The translations under genes and the position numbers were made by a program. Below the pieces are notes generated by a model that worked only from the letters and a program-made list of their open reading frames with translations, was not told the origin of the DNA and did no database searches. From the NCBI GenBank assembly GCA_036479435.1, contig JAZGFI010000042.1, positions 1-45,183 of the forward strand: a stretch of 45,183 nucleotides of DNA, written 5' to 3'. Of this stretch, positions 28,563-39,017 are shown piece after piece. Within the stretch, counting starts at the first letter, position 1, and each line of letters starts with the position of its first letter. Source of the DNA: Planctomycetota bacterium. Lineage in GTDB: Bacteria > Planctomycetota > GCA-002687715 > DRQF01.

Positions 28563-29393
28563 TCAGTTGAGGGCTTTGCGGATGGGGAGGTGCGGTTCGA
28601 TTTGGCGGCGGGCTTCGAACTCGGATTCGAAGCGGGGGTCATTCAGGGTTTTGGCGGCACGGATCGCGGCGAGACGGCGGGCGTCGACACCGGACCATAG
28701 ATCGCCGGTGACTTTGGCGAGGACGCCGGGGCAGGGAGCGAAGGCGGCGAGCTCTATCGATCCGGCCCACACCGGGCGGTGGGCGGCTTCGCGTTCGCTC
28801 ATGAAGTCCAGCAGCATGCGTGACAGTTCGGGAGTAGCGCGCTTGGAGGCGCCGAGGATGCGATCGAGGCTGAGGTCGGTGAACGCGGCCTTAAGGATTC
28901 CGCGCGCGAAGTCGTCATCATCTAAGGCGCGCGCCGGCAGATCAGTATCGGCGAAGGCGGCGATAAAGATGTTGCCGTCGTTCGTTCGATGCGCTTCTTG
29001 CAAAAGGCGAATGCTGACCGGCATGACCGGCAATAGGGTGAGCGCCTTCAAGATCATGCGGCGCTCTTCGTGGTCGCCCCGCTCGTAAAGTCTGAAGATG
29101 GCGTCGCCATCGTTTGCGATACCGGCGGCATCAAAAAGAAGAGGAGCTGCGAGATCACAGAGGCGAAAAGACTCGGCGATGATGGCGGCTTGATCGTTTT
29201 GGATCAGGCCGCCGGTAAGGGCCTCTCTGCCGATCTTCCGCAATGTAGCCGCAAAGTGAACTTCGAGCCAGCCCAGGCCGCCGTCCACAGCTTTGGCCCG
29301 AAAGTCGGCCCAAGTTGGCTGGCGGTCGGCGGGAAGCTGAGCCTCGAAGAGCGAACTTGCGAGAGCGAACGTGAGCGATGGCGAAGGGGTCAT
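28563..29393 (-). CDS. eboA: EboA domain protein
   Basis: GDHEERRMILKAL, EAHRTND, ILKAAFT, ELSRMLLDFMSEREAAHRPV; directly downstream of eboB. Confidence 0.8.
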   Translation of the reverse strand: MTPSPSLTFALASSLFEAQLPADRQPTWADFRAKAVDGGLGWLEVHFAATLRKIGREALTGGLIQNDQAAIIAESFRLCDLAAPLLFDAAGIANDGDAIFRLYERGDHEERRMILKALTLLPVMPVSIRLLQEAHRTNDGNIFIAAFADTDLPARALDDDDFARGILKAAFTDLSLDRILGASKRATPELSRMLLDFMSEREAAHRPVWAGSIELAAFAPCPGVLAKVTGDLWSGVDARRLAAIRAAKTLNDPRFESEFEARRQIEPHLPIRKALN

Positions 29394-29395
29394 GG

Positions 29396-30301
29396 TTAGC
29401 GGGCTTCGGGGTTTTTGTCCATGGTGTCGGAGACTTGGCCGCGCAAAACCGAGTTGCCGTCGAAGGTGTCGGTCCAATCCAAAGTCGGTTTGGCCATCCA
29501 TTCCTCTTCGCTCCCGCGTCCGTCGCGGCCAAAGAATTTGACGGGGTTTTTCCAAACCAGAGTGTCAATATCAGCGTCGCTGATTCCAGCTTGCTGCAAC
29601 AAGGCGACGGTTTTGGGAACGGAGAGGGGATCGCTGACGCCCCAGTCACAAGCCGAGTTGATCACAATGTCCGCCACGCCGAACTCGAGGATGATTTTCA
29701 CCATCCGCTCCGGCGACATTTTCGTGTGCGGGTAGATCGAAAATCCCTGCAAGTAGCCGGTCTCGCGGGTGATCTTGATCGTCTCTTCATTGCCGTGGTC
29801 GATGAGCACGCGCGAGGGCGCAATGCCAGAGTCTCTGACGATGTCGACGCAGCGCTCGAAGCCGCGCTTTTTGTCGCGGTGTGGCGTGTGGATCAAGATC
29901 GGCAAGTTGTGCTCGATGGCGAGTTGGATCTGAGCTGCGAAAAATTTCTCTTCGGCCGTCGTCATGTCATCGAGGCCGATCTCGCCGACGCCGACCACGG
30001 AGTTTTTCTCGAGATAGCGCGGGAGCACTTCCATCACGGCGTCATTCACACGGTCGTCGTTGGCTTCCCGGGGGTTCAGACCCATGGTGCAGACGTGGTG
30101 GATACCGAACTGCTCGGCGCGATGGCGTTCCCAGCCGATAATCGTGTCGAAATAGTCAATGAAGGTGCCGACATGCGTTCGAGGCTGCCCCAGCCAAAAT
30201 GCGGGCTCTAGAACAACGCGGACGCCGGCGGCGGCCATGTTCTCGTAATCGTCTGTGACGCGCGAGAACATGTGGCTGTGGGGTTCGAAAATCCTGATCA
30301 T
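29396..30301 (-). CDS. eboB: EboB TatD-family hydrolase
   Basis: HSHMFSRVTDDYE, EPAFWLGQPRT, GEIG, IHTPHRDKK, SIYP.TKM, DWGVSDPL. Confidence 0.88.
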   Translation of the reverse strand: MIRIFEPHSHMFSRVTDDYENMAAAGVRVVLEPAFWLGQPRTHVGTFIDYFDTIIGWERHRAEQFGIHHVCTMGLNPREANDDRVNDAVMEVLPRYLEKNSVVGVGEIGLDDMTTAEEKFFAAQIQLAIEHNLPILIHTPHRDKKRGFERCVDIVRDSGIAPSRVLIDHGNEETIKITRETGYLQGFSIYPHTKMSPERMVKIILEFGVADIVINSACDWGVSDPLSVPKTVALLQQAGISDADIDTLVWKNPVKFFGRDGRGSEEEWMAKPTLDWTDTFDGNSVLRGQVSDTMDKNPEAR

Positions 30302-30513
30302 CGGGTCTCTCGGATTGAAGGTCGGGAGTCGCCGCACTTTAGCACCAGGGCTCATCCTTCGACAAACGCGGACCGTCGACTGCGTCCATATTTCGCAATG
30401 TCGTGCTTACAAGGGGGCCGGGCCTGTAACTTCAAGGCTGGTAAGGGCTTCGTTGATGTGTCTAAGCGCCTTGGTAGACTCTGAGCCATTGCGACGGAGG
30501 AGATCCAGGGATC

Positions 30514-31611
30514 ATGCAACGGCTTCTATTGACCGCGCTGCTGGCCTTTTTAGGCCTTAGCGGCTGCAAGGGTGTTGACGACTACTTGATCGATCTCGAC
30601 ACCCTGGATCCGGAGACGAAACGCCCGTCGTTTGCGACGACGAGCGTTGTCTTTGACGCGGGCCAGTTGAGTCACGAGGGGCTCACGGGCTTGGCGACCG
30701 CGGAAGAAATGACCTTCTGGCAGGCCATGCAGGCGCTGTACCACGGCAGTAATTATCTGCAGCTAGCCAAAGAAAACTCACTGTTGCAATCGGACGGTGC
30801 CGTATTGATTGCCGAAATCACGACTCGGTTGCCAATTCCCGCTATCACGCAGCCTCTGGAGTATCGCGACAAGATCGCGGAGAGAGTCGAGAAGGCGGCG
30901 GTTGATCTGCTGGCGGCCAGCGGCAGCTTGACGATTCCGTTCATCATCGCCTCAATGGATTCGCCCGACGAGATTGCCAAACAGAACGCCTACGAGGACT
31001 TGAAGCAAAAAACCGGGGAGGACTTTGGACTGGATGTCGCCGCTTGGAACAAGTGGTGGACCTCAGTCAAAGACCAGCGAGATCGTGATTATATTCTCAA
31101 TGCGCGGGAGCCGCTCCGCATTCTGGGGCAACTTGAGTTTGCAAGGCCTTCCGAAGCACGTGCCGTCCTTCGGGTTCTCGCCTTTTGGTTGCAGCACACC
31201 AGCGACGCCGAACTATCCGAAGAGGCTTTGGCCGCCACCATGCGAGTGGCTCGGCAAACCGCGGTTTTGTCCCTACGGGATTCCTTGAAGCGAGCGAAAA
31301 CTGGCGCAGTGCGCGCCGACATCGCCGAAGCCATGGGGAAGATCCGCGACCCGCAGTTTGGAGAGGTTCTCGTCGAACAGTTAACTCGCGAACGCGATCC
31401 GGACGCCGCCGCCAAAATGGTGCGAGCCCTGCGCTTTTATCCCGGGCGTCGTTCGATCGTCGCGGTCTTCAATGCGATGTTGGCGGAAGACCCCCAGGTC
31501 GACCTCAACGCCGTTGACACTCTTCGCACGATTACTGGCGAAGATCATGGCGGTCAGATCGAAGACTGGCTCACCTGGTGGGAAAAAGAAGGGCTGAAAC
31601 AGTGGCCTTAG
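30514..31611 (+). CDS. HEAT-repeat lipoprotein
   Basis: Lipobox LSGC; HEAT units (VRADIAEAMG); two TGED.G....W..WW motifs. Confidence 0.8.
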   Translation: MQRLLLTALLAFLGLSGCKGVDDYLIDLDTLDPETKRPSFATTSVVFDAGQLSHEGLTGLATAEEMTFWQAMQALYHGSNYLQLAKENSLLQSDGAVLIAEITTRLPIPAITQPLEYRDKIAERVEKAAVDLLAASGSLTIPFIIASMDSPDEIAKQNAYEDLKQKTGEDFGLDVAAWNKWWTSVKDQRDRDYILNAREPLRILGQLEFARPSEARAVLRVLAFWLQHTSDAELSEEALAATMRVARQTAVLSLRDSLKRAKTGAVRADIAEAMGKIRDPQFGEVLVEQLTRERDPDAAAKMVRALRFYPGRRSIVAVFNAMLAEDPQVDLNAVDTLRTITGEDHGGQIEDWLTWWEKEGLKQWP

Positions 31612-32171
31612 TCCGTCCCCAGACCCTCGTCTCGGACGCAGAGCAACAATACGACGGCACGCAGCTGCGACCCCATTGGATCTTCGAGAATTTCGAGATT
31701 CAAGGCGACGCCGCCGTCGCCTTCATGGGGCCGGCGGAAGTCCTCGAGGAACATCTCGTCGACCTTGCCGATCGGCGCGATCACCTGGTCATCAAAGCCG
31801 ACGCCATGCTTCACATCTTGGTGGAGGTGTTTGGCGCTGGACTCGACCAAGCCGTCTTGATGCAGCGTATCTTGGTCTTGTTGGCACGGGAGATCCTTGA
31901 GGAACATGACGTTCCCGATCTAGCCCGCCGCGGCGACGACTTCTACGCGGGTGAAGGCAAGATCTCGGTGTCCATCGCCACGGTCTCAGCGGTGAGCGCG
32001 CTCATCCACTTCGGAATCAACATCACTAACGAAGGGACGCCCGTTCGCACCGCCGCCTTGAGCGACTTCGGAATTGATGCCTCAGAATTCGCGGCCGCCT
32101 TGCTCGATCGATTCGCGAACGAAGTTGAAGCCATGGCCAAGGCCAGCACCAAAGTGAGGCCTGTCACTTGA
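31602..32171 (+). CDS. DUF366 family protein
   Basis: YDGTQL, VDLAD, MLHI.VE, RRGDDFY, KISVSIAT, IHFGIN; GTG start overlaps the upstream gene. Confidence 0.85.
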   Translation: MALVRPQTLVSDAEQQYDGTQLRPHWIFENFEIQGDAAVAFMGPAEVLEEHLVDLADRRDHLVIKADAMLHILVEVFGAGLDQAVLMQRILVLLAREILEEHDVPDLARRGDDFYAGEGKISVSIATVSAVSALIHFGINITNEGTPVRTAALSDFGIDASEFAAALLDRFANEVEAMAKASTKVRPVT

Positions 32172-33340
32172 GCACTGAGGGCAAAAAGGGTCTTGGCTGG
32201 CTCAAGACCCTTCTCAAGATCGCTTTGCTCGGCGCGGCTTTCTTCGTCGTGTCGACGCAAGTCGACTGGTACGACCGCGTTGCAAGCAATGGCGGTGATG
32301 TGCTGCGGGGCAAGATCATTGAAGGCAGCGACCCCGACGCCCAAGTTGTCGTGATCGAGACGACGGACGGCAAAAGGGAAACGCTGGTCAAGGGCAGCTG
32401 GAAAAAAGGGGGCAAGTCCCTCGGTATCAAGAGTACCTACCAGTCTCTGAGCCTTGGGTGGTATGCACTCGGCATGGCCTTGATCTTTGCGATGTATTGC
32501 TTGGGCGTCCAACGGTGGCGCTACCTTTTGCGCGCACAAGGGCTCGAAGCTAGCTATGGCCGGGCTTTTCGCCTGACCTTCATGGGATTTTTCTGGAACA
32601 ACTTCGTTCCCGGTTTGACGGGAGGCGATGTCGCCAAGGCCGTGTTGATCGCAAAAGAGAGTCCTGGCCGGCGTAGCGAGGCCGTGGCGACCGTCATTGT
32701 TGATCGCCTGATTGGTTTGGCCGTGCTGGCCTTGATCTCCGCCGCCGCGATCCTCTGCAACTTCGACAAGTTCAAAGATACCGGCTTCGTGATTTTTGGC
32801 GTACTCGCGGCCTTGGCCATGGGGGCGGTTGCCATCTTTTCGCGACGAGTTCGACGCGCCTTGCGGATTGACCAACTACTGAAGGCTTTGCCGCTGAGCG
32901 AAATGCTCATGAAGTTGGACAAGGCTTTTCGGCTGTACCGCTCTCACCCGGGCACTCTGGTCTTGGCGGTTGCCTTGTCGTTCGCCGCCCATTGTTGCAA
33001 CATCGGATCGGTGATTGCTTTCGGCAACGATCTGAACATCAATGCTGGCTGGCTGACGTATTTCGCCACCGTGCCTCTTATCCTCATTACCGCTTCGATT
33101 CCGCTGTTTCCCGGCGGTTGGGGGGTGCGTGAGACCGCCTTTTTGTTTGCCTTCGCCGCCGTTGGCGTTCCCGAGGAGCAAAAAAGCCAGATTGTCATTT
33201 TGAGCGTCCTTCTTGGCTTCTCGACGATGATCTGGAGCCTTCTAGGAGGCGTGTTCCTTTTCGTTGGCCGCGGCCGTGGTGATCAACCTTCGGAATTCGA
33301 GGCCGCCGCCTCGGAAACTCCACCAACGCTTGGTACCTAA
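32168..33340 (+). CDS. UPF0104 / lysylphosphatidylglycerol-synthase TM (flippase-like) protein with an inserted soluble domain
   Basis: RWRYLL, FWNNFVPGLTGGDVAK, DRLIGL, PGGWGVRE. Confidence 0.9.
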   Translation: MSTEGKKGLGWLKTLLKIALLGAAFFVVSTQVDWYDRVASNGGDVLRGKIIEGSDPDAQVVVIETTDGKRETLVKGSWKKGGKSLGIKSTYQSLSLGWYALGMALIFAMYCLGVQRWRYLLRAQGLEASYGRAFRLTFMGFFWNNFVPGLTGGDVAKAVLIAKESPGRRSEAVATVIVDRLIGLAVLALISAAAILCNFDKFKDTGFVIFGVLAALAMGAVAIFSRRVRRALRIDQLLKALPLSEMLMKLDKAFRLYRSHPGTLVLAVALSFAAHCCNIGSVIAFGNDLNINAGWLTYFATVPLILITASIPLFPGGWGVRETAFLFAFAAVGVPEEQKSQIVILSVLLGFSTMIWSLLGGVFLFVGRGRGDQPSEFEAAASETPPTLGT

Positions 33341-33377
33341 CCCTTCACTCCAAAAGTTTCACAGGGACAACACTCTC

Positions 33378-34286
33378 ATGTCGCTTCTCGTCGTTGGCTC
33401 GATTGCGCTCGACAGCATTGAAACCCCGCACGGCACTCACGAGAACATCCTCGGTGGTGCGGCCTCTTACTTCTCCGTGGGAGCATCGCTCTTTACGCCG
33501 GTGCGCTTAGTCGGCGTTATCGGCGAGGATTTTCCTCCGGAGCACGTCGAGTTTTTCAAGACTCGGGACATCGATCTCGCCGGTTTGCGAAAGATCGAGG
33601 GCGGAAAGACCTTTCGCTGGAAAGGCAAATATGAAGGCCGCATGGATGTCGCGGAAACGCTTGACACGCAGCTGAACGTCCTTGGCGATTGTCGCCCGGA
33701 AGTTCCCGAGCAATTTCTCGATACTGAGTTTGTCTTGTTGGCAAACGACAACCCGGAGAATCAACTTCACGTCGCGAAGCAGATGAAGAGCGCGCGCTTC
33801 GTCATGATGGACACGATGAATCTTTGGATTGATCATTTTCGTGACGGCGTCAAGGAAGTCCTGGGCGTGGTGAACGCCATCATCTGCAACGACGAAGAAG
33901 CGCGTGTGCTCGGAGGTTCATCGAACCTCATTCGCGCCATGAAGAACATCCAAAAACTCGGTCCCGAAACCGTCCTGGTGAAAAAGGGCGAGCACGGAGC
34001 CATCATCTTGTCCAAAGACCGTGGTTTCGCCTTGCCAGCCTACCCGCTGGAGACCGTGGTTGATCCCACCGGCGCGGGTGACACCTTTGCGGCGGGCGTC
34101 ATGGGTTACCTCGCCGGAAAAGGCGAGGTGTCCTTTCGCGACCTGAAGTTGGCGATGGCCTACGGTACGGTCGTGGCGTCCTACAACGTCGAGGGCTTCG
34201 GCCTCGACCGCTTGCGGACCTTGACCTTCGGCGACGTCCAAAGTCGCTACGAAGAGTTCGTCATCTTTCTTGATCTCCACGACTGA
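33378..34286 (+). CDS. PfkB-family carbohydrate kinase
   Basis: GSIALD, GGAASY, NDEEA, KKGEHG, DPTGAGDTF. Confidence 0.95.
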   Translation: MSLLVVGSIALDSIETPHGTHENILGGAASYFSVGASLFTPVRLVGVIGEDFPPEHVEFFKTRDIDLAGLRKIEGGKTFRWKGKYEGRMDVAETLDTQLNVLGDCRPEVPEQFLDTEFVLLANDNPENQLHVAKQMKSARFVMMDTMNLWIDHFRDGVKEVLGVVNAIICNDEEARVLGGSSNLIRAMKNIQKLGPETVLVKKGEHGAIILSKDRGFALPAYPLETVVDPTGAGDTFAAGVMGYLAGKGEVSFRDLKLAMAYGTVVASYNVEGFGLDRLRTLTFGDVQSRYEEFVIFLDLHD

Positions 34287-34855
34287 TGTCGGAACGGATT
34301 CGCTGTTTTGTCGCGGTGACGATTGACGCCGCAATCTCGCGGCGCCTCGAACGTGAGATCGGATACTTTCAGCTGGCCGGTGCCGACGTGAAGTGGGTCC
34401 CGCGCGACAGTTTTCATTTGACCGTGAGTTTCCTCGGCGATCTTGAGCCCGAGCTGCTCATCGACGTCGAGGAGCAATTGGAAGAAGCGGCTCAGGGAGT
34501 CGCGCGGATGAAGATGATGGTCCGTGGCGTCGCCGCTCTTCCCGACCTAGATAGGCCCCGCGTCATTGCAGCGGGCTTCGATGGCGATCTCGACAAATTC
34601 AAGAACCTCCAGCGAGATCTCAAAGGTCGCTTCCGCAGCCTCGGAATCCGGGCCGACAAGAAAATCTTCGCGGCACACGTAACCTTGGGCCGTGTCCGCG
34701 GTGATCGCCATCTTGACGAATTGAAGACCAGGCTTGCCAAGAGTCTAAATCGTCGATTTGGCATGCTCTCGGTGACCGGTGTTGAGCTCTACATGAGTGA
34801 CCAAGGCCCCAAGGGTCCCATCTACACCCCCTTGAAAAGATTCTCACTCATCTGA
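34286..34855 (+). CDS. thpR: RNA 2',3'-cyclic phosphodiesterase (2H phosphoesterase)
   Basis: Two HxT motifs (HLTVSFLG, HVTLGR); GPIYT C-terminus. Confidence 0.92.
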   Translation: MSERIRCFVAVTIDAAISRRLEREIGYFQLAGADVKWVPRDSFHLTVSFLGDLEPELLIDVEEQLEEAAQGVARMKMMVRGVAALPDLDRPRVIAAGFDGDLDKFKNLQRDLKGRFRSLGIRADKKIFAAHVTLGRVRGDRHLDELKTRLAKSLNRRFGMLSVTGVELYMSDQGPKGPIYTPLKRFSLI

Positions 34856-34926
34856 CTTTGGCCTAACTATGCCTTGTTACGGAGTTTTTCGAGAGCGAGG
34901 AACTTTTGACTCGATCGCCTTTGGGT

Positions 34927-36564
34927 TTAACGCCAGTCGAGGTAACGGTTCATGAGAGCGTTGGTTGAGCTGTCGTGACTCGAAACCGGGTCTCCGCGCT
35001 CCAACTCAGGGAAGATGCTCTTGGCGAGTTGCTTGCCCAACTCCACGCCCCATTGGTCAAAAGAGCTGAGATCCCAAAGCAGCCCCTGGACGAAAACGCG
35101 TTGCTCATAGAACGCAATGAGGCTTCCCAGAGTTCGGGGATCGAATTCGCGCACCAAGATTGAGTTGCTGGGCCGGTTGCCGGGAAAAACCTTGTGCGGC
35201 ACTAGTTTCTCCAGAGCTTCGCCCGTCAAACCCGAGGCGACGAGTTCGGCGCACACGGCAGCTTCGCTTTTGCCGTTCATCAGCGCTTCAGGTTGGGCAA
35301 AAAAGTTCGATAGCAAGATGTCGTGGTGTTGTCCGATTGGGTTTTGGCTGCGTGCCGGAGCGATGAAATCGCAGGGGACCAGTCGCGTGCCTTGATGGAT
35401 GAGCTGGTAAAAAGCGTGCTGCCCGTTCGTACCGGGTTCGCCCCAGATCACCGGGCCAGTGGCGACGTCGGATTCATCGCCACTCATGGTGACGCGCTTG
35501 CCGTTGCTCTCCATGTCCAGCTGTTGCAAAAACGCCGGGAAGCGATGCAAGTACTGATCGTAGGGCAACACGGCGTGGCTTTCCGCGCCGAAGAAGTCGG
35601 TGTACCAAAGCCCCAAGAGTCCCGCGATCACCGGCAGGTTCTCGGCAAGCGGAGCCGACCTAAAGTGCTCGTCGAGAGCATGGGCACCGTCGAGTAACTC
35701 CTCGAAGGCATCCATGCCGACGCTAAGCGCGATGGAAAGTCCCACGGCGGACCAAAGCGAGTAGCGACCACCCACCCAATCCCAAAACTCGAACATGTTC
35801 TCGGGGTCGATGCCGAACTCTTTGACGCCTTCGGCGTTCGTTGAAAGAGCGACGAAATGCTTGGCAACGTCAGCTGGCAAGGCACCTTGATCGAGGAACC
35901 ACTGCCGCGCGCTGTGAGCGTTGGTCATGGTCTCTTGGGTGGTGAAAGTCTTGGACGCGATGACGAACATCGTCGTCGCAGCGTCGACGCCTTTGAGGGT
36001 TTCCGCGAGATGAGTTCCGTCAACGTTGGAAACGTAGCTGACCTTCAAGTCTTCGGATGCCCGTGACTTCAAGGCCTCGACGACCATCAAGGGGCCCAGG
36101 TCGGAGCCGCCGATGCCGATGTTAATGACGCGCCTAATCGCGTCGCCGCGGAATCCGCGCCAGGCCTTGCTGCGGACGGCCTCGCTAAACTCACGCATCT
36201 TGCGAAGGACTCGGTGGATGCCGGGCATGACGTCTTCGCCATCGGAGAAAACCGGGCGGTCGCTGCGATTGCGAAGGGCGGTGTGCAGCACAGCGCGACC
36301 CTCGGTGACATTGATCTTGTCGCCGCGAAACATGGCCTCGATGCGGTCGGGAAGGCCCCGAGCCGCGGCTAAGGCCAGCAGGCTCGTCATGACCTTATCG
36401 TCGATGAGGTTTTTTGAGTAATCGAAGTAGATGTCTTCAATTTGGAGGGAAAACCGCTCCGCGCGATTCGCGTCCACAGCGAACAGAGACCGCAGCTGGA
36501 TGCCCTCGAAGCGTTTACGGTGCCTAGTTAAGTCTCTCCACTCCGCGCCATCGCTGAGTTTCAT
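34927..36564 (-). CDS. pgi: Glucose-6-phosphate isomerase
   Basis: [48 protein letters not shown]. Confidence 0.98.
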   Translation of the reverse strand: MKLSDGAEWRDLTRHRKRFEGIQLRSLFAVDANRAERFSLQIEDIYFDYSKNLIDDKVMTSLLALAAARGLPDRIEAMFRGDKINVTEGRAVLHTALRNRSDRPVFSDGEDVMPGIHRVLRKMREFSEAVRSKAWRGFRGDAIRRVINIGIGGSDLGPLMVVEALKSRASEDLKVSYVSNVDGTHLAETLKGVDAATTMFVIASKTFTTQETMTNAHSARQWFLDQGALPADVAKHFVALSTNAEGVKEFGIDPENMFEFWDWVGGRYSLWSAVGLSIALSVGMDAFEELLDGAHALDEHFRSAPLAENLPVIAGLLGLWYTDFFGAESHAVLPYDQYLHRFPAFLQQLDMESNGKRVTMSGDESDVATGPVIWGEPGTNGQHAFYQLIHQGTRLVPCDFIAPARSQNPIGQHHDILLSNFFAQPEALMNGKSEAAVCAELVASGLTGEALEKLVPHKVFPGNRPSNSILVREFDPRTLGSLIAFYEQRVFVQGLLWDLSSFDQWGVELGKQLAKSIFPELERGDPVSSHDSSTNALMNRYLDWR

Positions 36565-38075
36565 GCCCCCGCCTCCCGCGGGCCGGTTTCGCCTTCGCTG
36601 ATCGCGACGACGGCAGAACCACAGGTGTCGCTAAAGACGTTGGTGACGGTGCGAAGCATGTCCAGCGGGCGATCCACCGCGAGCAAGAGGGCGGCACCTT
36701 CCACCGGGAGCTTTAGTGCCGACAAGATCGTCACCATCATGATGAGTCCAGCGGAAGGAATGCCCGCGGCCCCGATCGAGGCCATCAGGGCCATGAAGAC
36801 GATCATGATTTGGGCGCCGAAAGTCAACTCGTAGCCGCTGACTCCCTGGTAGTACTGCGCCAAAAAGATGACGCCGATACACTCGTAAAGTGCGGTGCCG
36901 TCCATGTTGATGGTCGCGCCCAAGGGCTGAACGAATGAGACGACGCGGTTTGAGACTTTGCCGCGGTCCTCGACGGTCTCAAGACTGACGGGAAGGGTCA
37001 TCGACGATGAGGAAGTCGAAAACGCGGTCAACAACGCGGGGCTCACAGCCTTGGCCCAGCGAATCGGGCTTATCTTCGCGACGAACTTCAAGATCAAAGG
37101 AAGCGTGATTAGGCAGTGAATCAAGAGCGCTGAAGTAACGGTGATCATGTAGACACCGAGAGGCTTGAAGACCTCATAGCCCGTACTGCCTACGACTTTC
37201 ACCAGCAGGCAAAAGACCCCGTAAGGGATCAGCGATAAGATTCCCGCCGCCATCTTCATCATGACTTCGAAGGCGCTCTCGAAGAAGTCGCTCATCACTT
37301 CTCGGTGTTTCTTCGCGGTTTTCAACACGAAGTAGCCAAAGAGCAGGGCGAAGAAGATGACCTGCAGCATGTTCAGGTTTGCCCCGAACGCTGCAAAGAC
37401 GTTCTCGGGAATCATGCGCAACAAGACGTCGGCGAAAGAGGTCTCGGTGACGTTCGAAAAACTGTCGTCCGCCGCCAGGCCTAGAGCCGCACCTTCGCCG
37501 GGGCGAATGAGGTTGACCAGGGCGAGGCCCGTAAAAATCGCCAACATGCTGGTGGAGATGTAGTAGGCGAAAGTCTTAAATCCAAGGCGACGAAGATTCG
37601 CTCCGTTGCCAACGCCGATAACCCCGACGATGATCGAGGTCAAAATGATCGGCACGATGAGCAACTTCAAAAGGCGGATGAACATGTCCGCCAAGAACGC
37701 GAAGGGCTTGATCCAAGCCGCACGCTGGGAGTTCGGATCGAGGCTGAGATTTACCGGGACGATCCGGCTTTCGCCGAGTTCGTGCCAGACGATGTCGCCG
37801 TTTTTCGAACTCGCGATGGTCTCACGATAGATCTTGGCGTCTGAGATAACGATACGTTGCTCGTTACTACGGCCGCGATTTTTGATGATCGCAGAAATCA
37901 CATCGCCAGCTTTGGCTTTGCTCTTCGGGCCCGCCTTCATGACGGCGGCACCTTCGTTTGCGGAATCCGCAACGACGAGGCCCGAAATGGCGGAGCCGCT
38001 GAGGAAGGCCTGAAAGCCTCCTCCGACAATCACGCCCGCGATGAGCCAGGCGAGGATTTTCCAATGAACTTTCAA
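36561..38075 (-). CDS. Dicarboxylate/amino acid:cation symporter (DAACS) with an N-terminal PDZ-like insert
   Basis: [36 protein letters not shown]; about 90-aa soluble insert after TM1. Confidence 0.93.
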   Translation of the reverse strand: MKVHWKILAWLIAGVIVGGGFQAFLSGSAISGLVVADSANEGAAVMKAGPKSKAKAGDVISAIIKNRGRSNEQRIVISDAKIYRETIASSKNGDIVWHELGESRIVPVNLSLDPNSQRAAWIKPFAFLADMFIRLLKLLIVPIILTSIIVGVIGVGNGANLRRLGFKTFAYYISTSMLAIFTGLALVNLIRPGEGAALGLAADDSFSNVTETSFADVLLRMIPENVFAAFGANLNMLQVIFFALLFGYFVLKTAKKHREVMSDFFESAFEVMMKMAAGILSLIPYGVFCLLVKVVGSTGYEVFKPLGVYMITVTSALLIHCLITLPLILKFVAKISPIRWAKAVSPALLTAFSTSSSSMTLPVSLETVEDRGKVSNRVVSFVQPLGATINMDGTALYECIGVIFLAQYYQGVSGYELTFGAQIMIVFMALMASIGAAGIPSAGLIMMVTILSALKLPVEGAALLLAVDRPLDMLRTVTNVFSDTCGSAVVAISEGETGPREAGA

Positions 38076-38159
38076 ACGACTTCTCCCAGCAGGTATTCAG
38101 GTGGCCAAGGATAGCGATTATCAAAAAGGCTGAGGCGGAGCGCGGTCGCCAGGAGCTTT

Positions 38160-39017
38160 CTAGCTGAGACCCGATCCGTAGCGGGCGTAGCTCCCCGAGG
38201 GGAGGGGGCGACCACTGGCCTCCGGCACCGTCATTTCGCCCGAGCTGAGGATTTTGCCCTCGAGATCAAAATGGTCGTGAAGGAGGTTTTCGAGCGATAG
38301 GGCGCCATAGCCCGGCGAGTGGGCGGAGAGCAGCACGATGGCGGGGCGATTCTTCACCAACCCGGAGCAAAGGTCTAGAAGTTCAGCCAAGCGTTCTTCG
38401 ATCTTCCACAACTCGCCGCCGCTTCCGCGACCAAAACTCGGAGGATCGAGGATGACACCATCGTAATGGTCTTCGCGTCGCTTGGCCCTTTGGGCGAAGC
38501 GAATCACATCTTCGACGATCCAGCGCACTGGCCGATCGGCCAGGCCGTTGAGATCGGCGTTGCGCCGGGCCCAATCTACGACGCCCTTGGCGGCATCAAC
38601 GTGCGTGACCGCGGCTCCGGCCTGCGCCGCGGCCAGGGTGCTGCCGCCGGTGTAGGCAAATAGGTTGAGCAATTTAGGCGCGCGCGCCTGCTCTTTTTGA
38701 AAAGCCTCCACGGCGCTTCGCAAGAACGCCCACTGCGCGGCTTGCTCGGCAAACAGGCCAAGGTGGCCGAAGGGCGTGGCTTTCAACTCGAGATTTAGCC
38801 CGCCGTAGTCAACTGTCCAGGACTTTGGCGCTGGCCCCTTCCAATTCCAGTGGCCGCCGCCGCGCTCGCTACGGATGTGGACGCCGTTTGCGCGTTCCCA
38901 TTCTTTGCGCGGCAAACTCGGGCGCCACACCGCGGCCGGAGCTTGTCGATCGAGGCGCTGGCCGGCGACTTCTTCGAGCTTGCGGCCACCGCCGGAATCG
39001 AGAAGGCGGTAGTTCAT
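38160..39017 (-). CDS. Class I SAM-dependent methyltransferase (RlmI/RlmK-related)
   Basis: YRLLDSG, HLGLFAEQ, LNLFAYTGG, ILDPPSFGRG. Confidence 0.9.
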   Translation of the reverse strand: MNYRLLDSGGGRKLEEVAGQRLDRQAPAAVWRPSLPRKEWERANGVHIRSERGGGHWNWKGPAPKSWTVDYGGLNLELKATPFGHLGLFAEQAAQWAFLRSAVEAFQKEQARAPKLLNLFAYTGGSTLAAAQAGAAVTHVDAAKGVVDWARRNADLNGLADRPVRWIVEDVIRFAQRAKRREDHYDGVILDPPSFGRGSGGELWKIEERLAELLDLCSGLVKNRPAIVLLSAHSPGYGALSLENLLHDHFDLEGKILSSGEMTVPEASGRPLPSGSYARYGSGLS

